The notes beneath the pieces were generated by a model. The model saw nothing but the letters and a program-made list of their open reading frames with translations, was not told where the DNA came from and made no database searches. This document shows positions 62,538 to 64,000 of a stretch of DNA of 64,000 bases, piece by piece. The position numbers were made by a program, and so were the translations under genes. The DNA is from Callorhinchus milii. Its lineage: Eukaryota. Location: assembly GCF_018977255.1 (NCBI RefSeq), contig NW_024704742.1, forward strand, positions 15,564,001 through 15,628,000, in the 5' to 3' direction. Numbering within the stretch: the first letter of the stretch is position 1; every line of letters starts with the position of its first letter.

Positions 62538-63299
62538 CTGTAATAACACAACATATACTGTGTCAGTCATGCATCAGAGTTTACTTTAACTTAAGAAAAC
62601 AAGTTTATGATAAATATAATAATAATCCTTGCATTCAATATAGAGTCTTATCACATCGTTGAGACGTCTTAAAGAGCTTCACAGAATATCCTGCAAAGTA
62701 AATTGACTATATTTCATGGGCGAAACACCAACAGTTACTCTTCCTCTTGGGCTTGAAAAATCTCATGTTCTTAGGCTTAAAACCACTGACCTAAAATTTA
62801 AGATTGCGAGGAAGTTTGAAAACACAAGCCTGAAATTTGGCTTAATTTGAAAGCTGATTTTCCTTCCACAATAATAAAAAAGAAATGTAAAAAAAACTTC
62901 TAAATTAAGGCTTAATTTAAGACTCTTTTCCAAATTCTTTGTGATTTAAATTTTAAGATAATGGGAAACATTTTCATACCTCGGAACATGAGAATTTTGC
63001 TCTTAAAGCCAGGAAGAAAAACAACACATACACAAGTTGTGGATTGAACTTTTTCATGTTTTAGCAGATTTACAATAGTAATTCAAGATAACTAGCTGTT
63101 GAGTAGTTGCTGAACTTTACTCAACAACAACTTGCATTTATTTAGCACCCTTCATACAGAATAGCTTCTTGCTGACCAGTACTGGGCTTGGATGCAAAGC
63201 AAGGGAAAAAGAGGAGAGGGAGGTAACCATAGATGTGATCAAACAGGAGTCTCAAAGCAGGTCTGTCTGTGCTGCCTCCTATTGTATGTTTGAAGCAGT

Positions 63300-64000
63300 A
63301 CCTACCCTCCTCCCACGCCTCTCCTTTCACCTTAACTTTTAACGTTCTGTCCTTGAATGGTTCAGGTCCTACCTCTCAAACCAGCTCCACTTTGTCTCCA
63401 CAAATAGCTTCTCCTCCAGCCCCCGCACTGTCTCGTGTGGTGTTCCTCAGAGCTCTGTCCTCTCCTCTTCAACATGTACATCCTCCCTTTTGGTGACATC
63501 ATCCGCAGACATGGGGGTCAACTTTCACATGTATGCAGATGACACCAAGTCTATCTCTCTGCCTCCACCCTTGACCCCGGGACCACTGATGTCCTAACAG
63601 ACATTAAGTCCTGGATGAGAGCCAAATTTCTACATTTGAAAGTCAGAAAGACCGAGGAGCTTCTGATTGGCTCGCGCCAGCGCCTCCGCATTCAGGCACT
63701 GGCAGCATCAGAATCCATGGATACACACTCCACCTCACCAAACCTATCAGGAACTAGGCATCTTGTTCGACCCTCAACTGTCTTTCTCCCCCACATTTGT
63801 GCCGTGACCCGATCTGCCTTCCCCAACCAACGCAACATTGCCCAATATCGCTACAGCCTCCCCCCTCAGGCCACCGAAACCCTCATACATGCCTTCATTA
63901 CAACCAGGCTCGACTATGCCAAAGCCCTGCTTGTCGGCCTTCCCAAATCTTTCCTCCACAAGCTGCAGATCATCCAGAAATCTGCAGGTTGTCCCCTCTC
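63300..64000 (+). mobile_element. L2 RT fragment in an ACOX3 intron, running off the window
   Basis: gtggtgttcctcag (GVPQ), tttcacatgtatgcagatgacacc (FHMYADDT), HAFITTRLDYA, KLQIIQ. Confidence 0.88.

Overview
Vertebrate nuclear DNA, inferred to be a cartilaginous fish from its CR1/L2 LINE and Deu-type SINE content. Three spliced genes can be built by hand, and the ORF track largely misses them. (1) A four-exon ELR-negative CXC chemokine on + (16252-18109, 103 aa), most similar to CXCL13. (2) A complete nine-exon HTRA3 serine protease on + (38534-57804, 474 aa) with signal peptide, IGFBP, Kazal, trypsin (intact His/Asp/Ser) and PDZ domains. (3) The last two coding exons of ACOX3 on - (62451-62537 and 61222-61341, ending in the PTS1 signal SKL), convergent with HTRA3 as in mammals. 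The rest is dense in transposons: three large CR1 LINEs (two nested in L2 elements, one near full length with an esterase ORF1), many L2 3' ends, two SINE lineages, a decayed Gypsy integrase, several MITE-like elements and an unclassified 4-copy repeat. I see no convincing wholly new biological system. The best leads are the chemokine beside HTRA3, a candidate PDZ-less HTRA3 terminal exon, an IGFBP7-like basic loop in HTRA3, and LINE breakpoints at RT catalytic motifs. Exon coordinates were counted by hand, repeat boundaries are approximate, and homology calls come from remembered sequences, not database searches.
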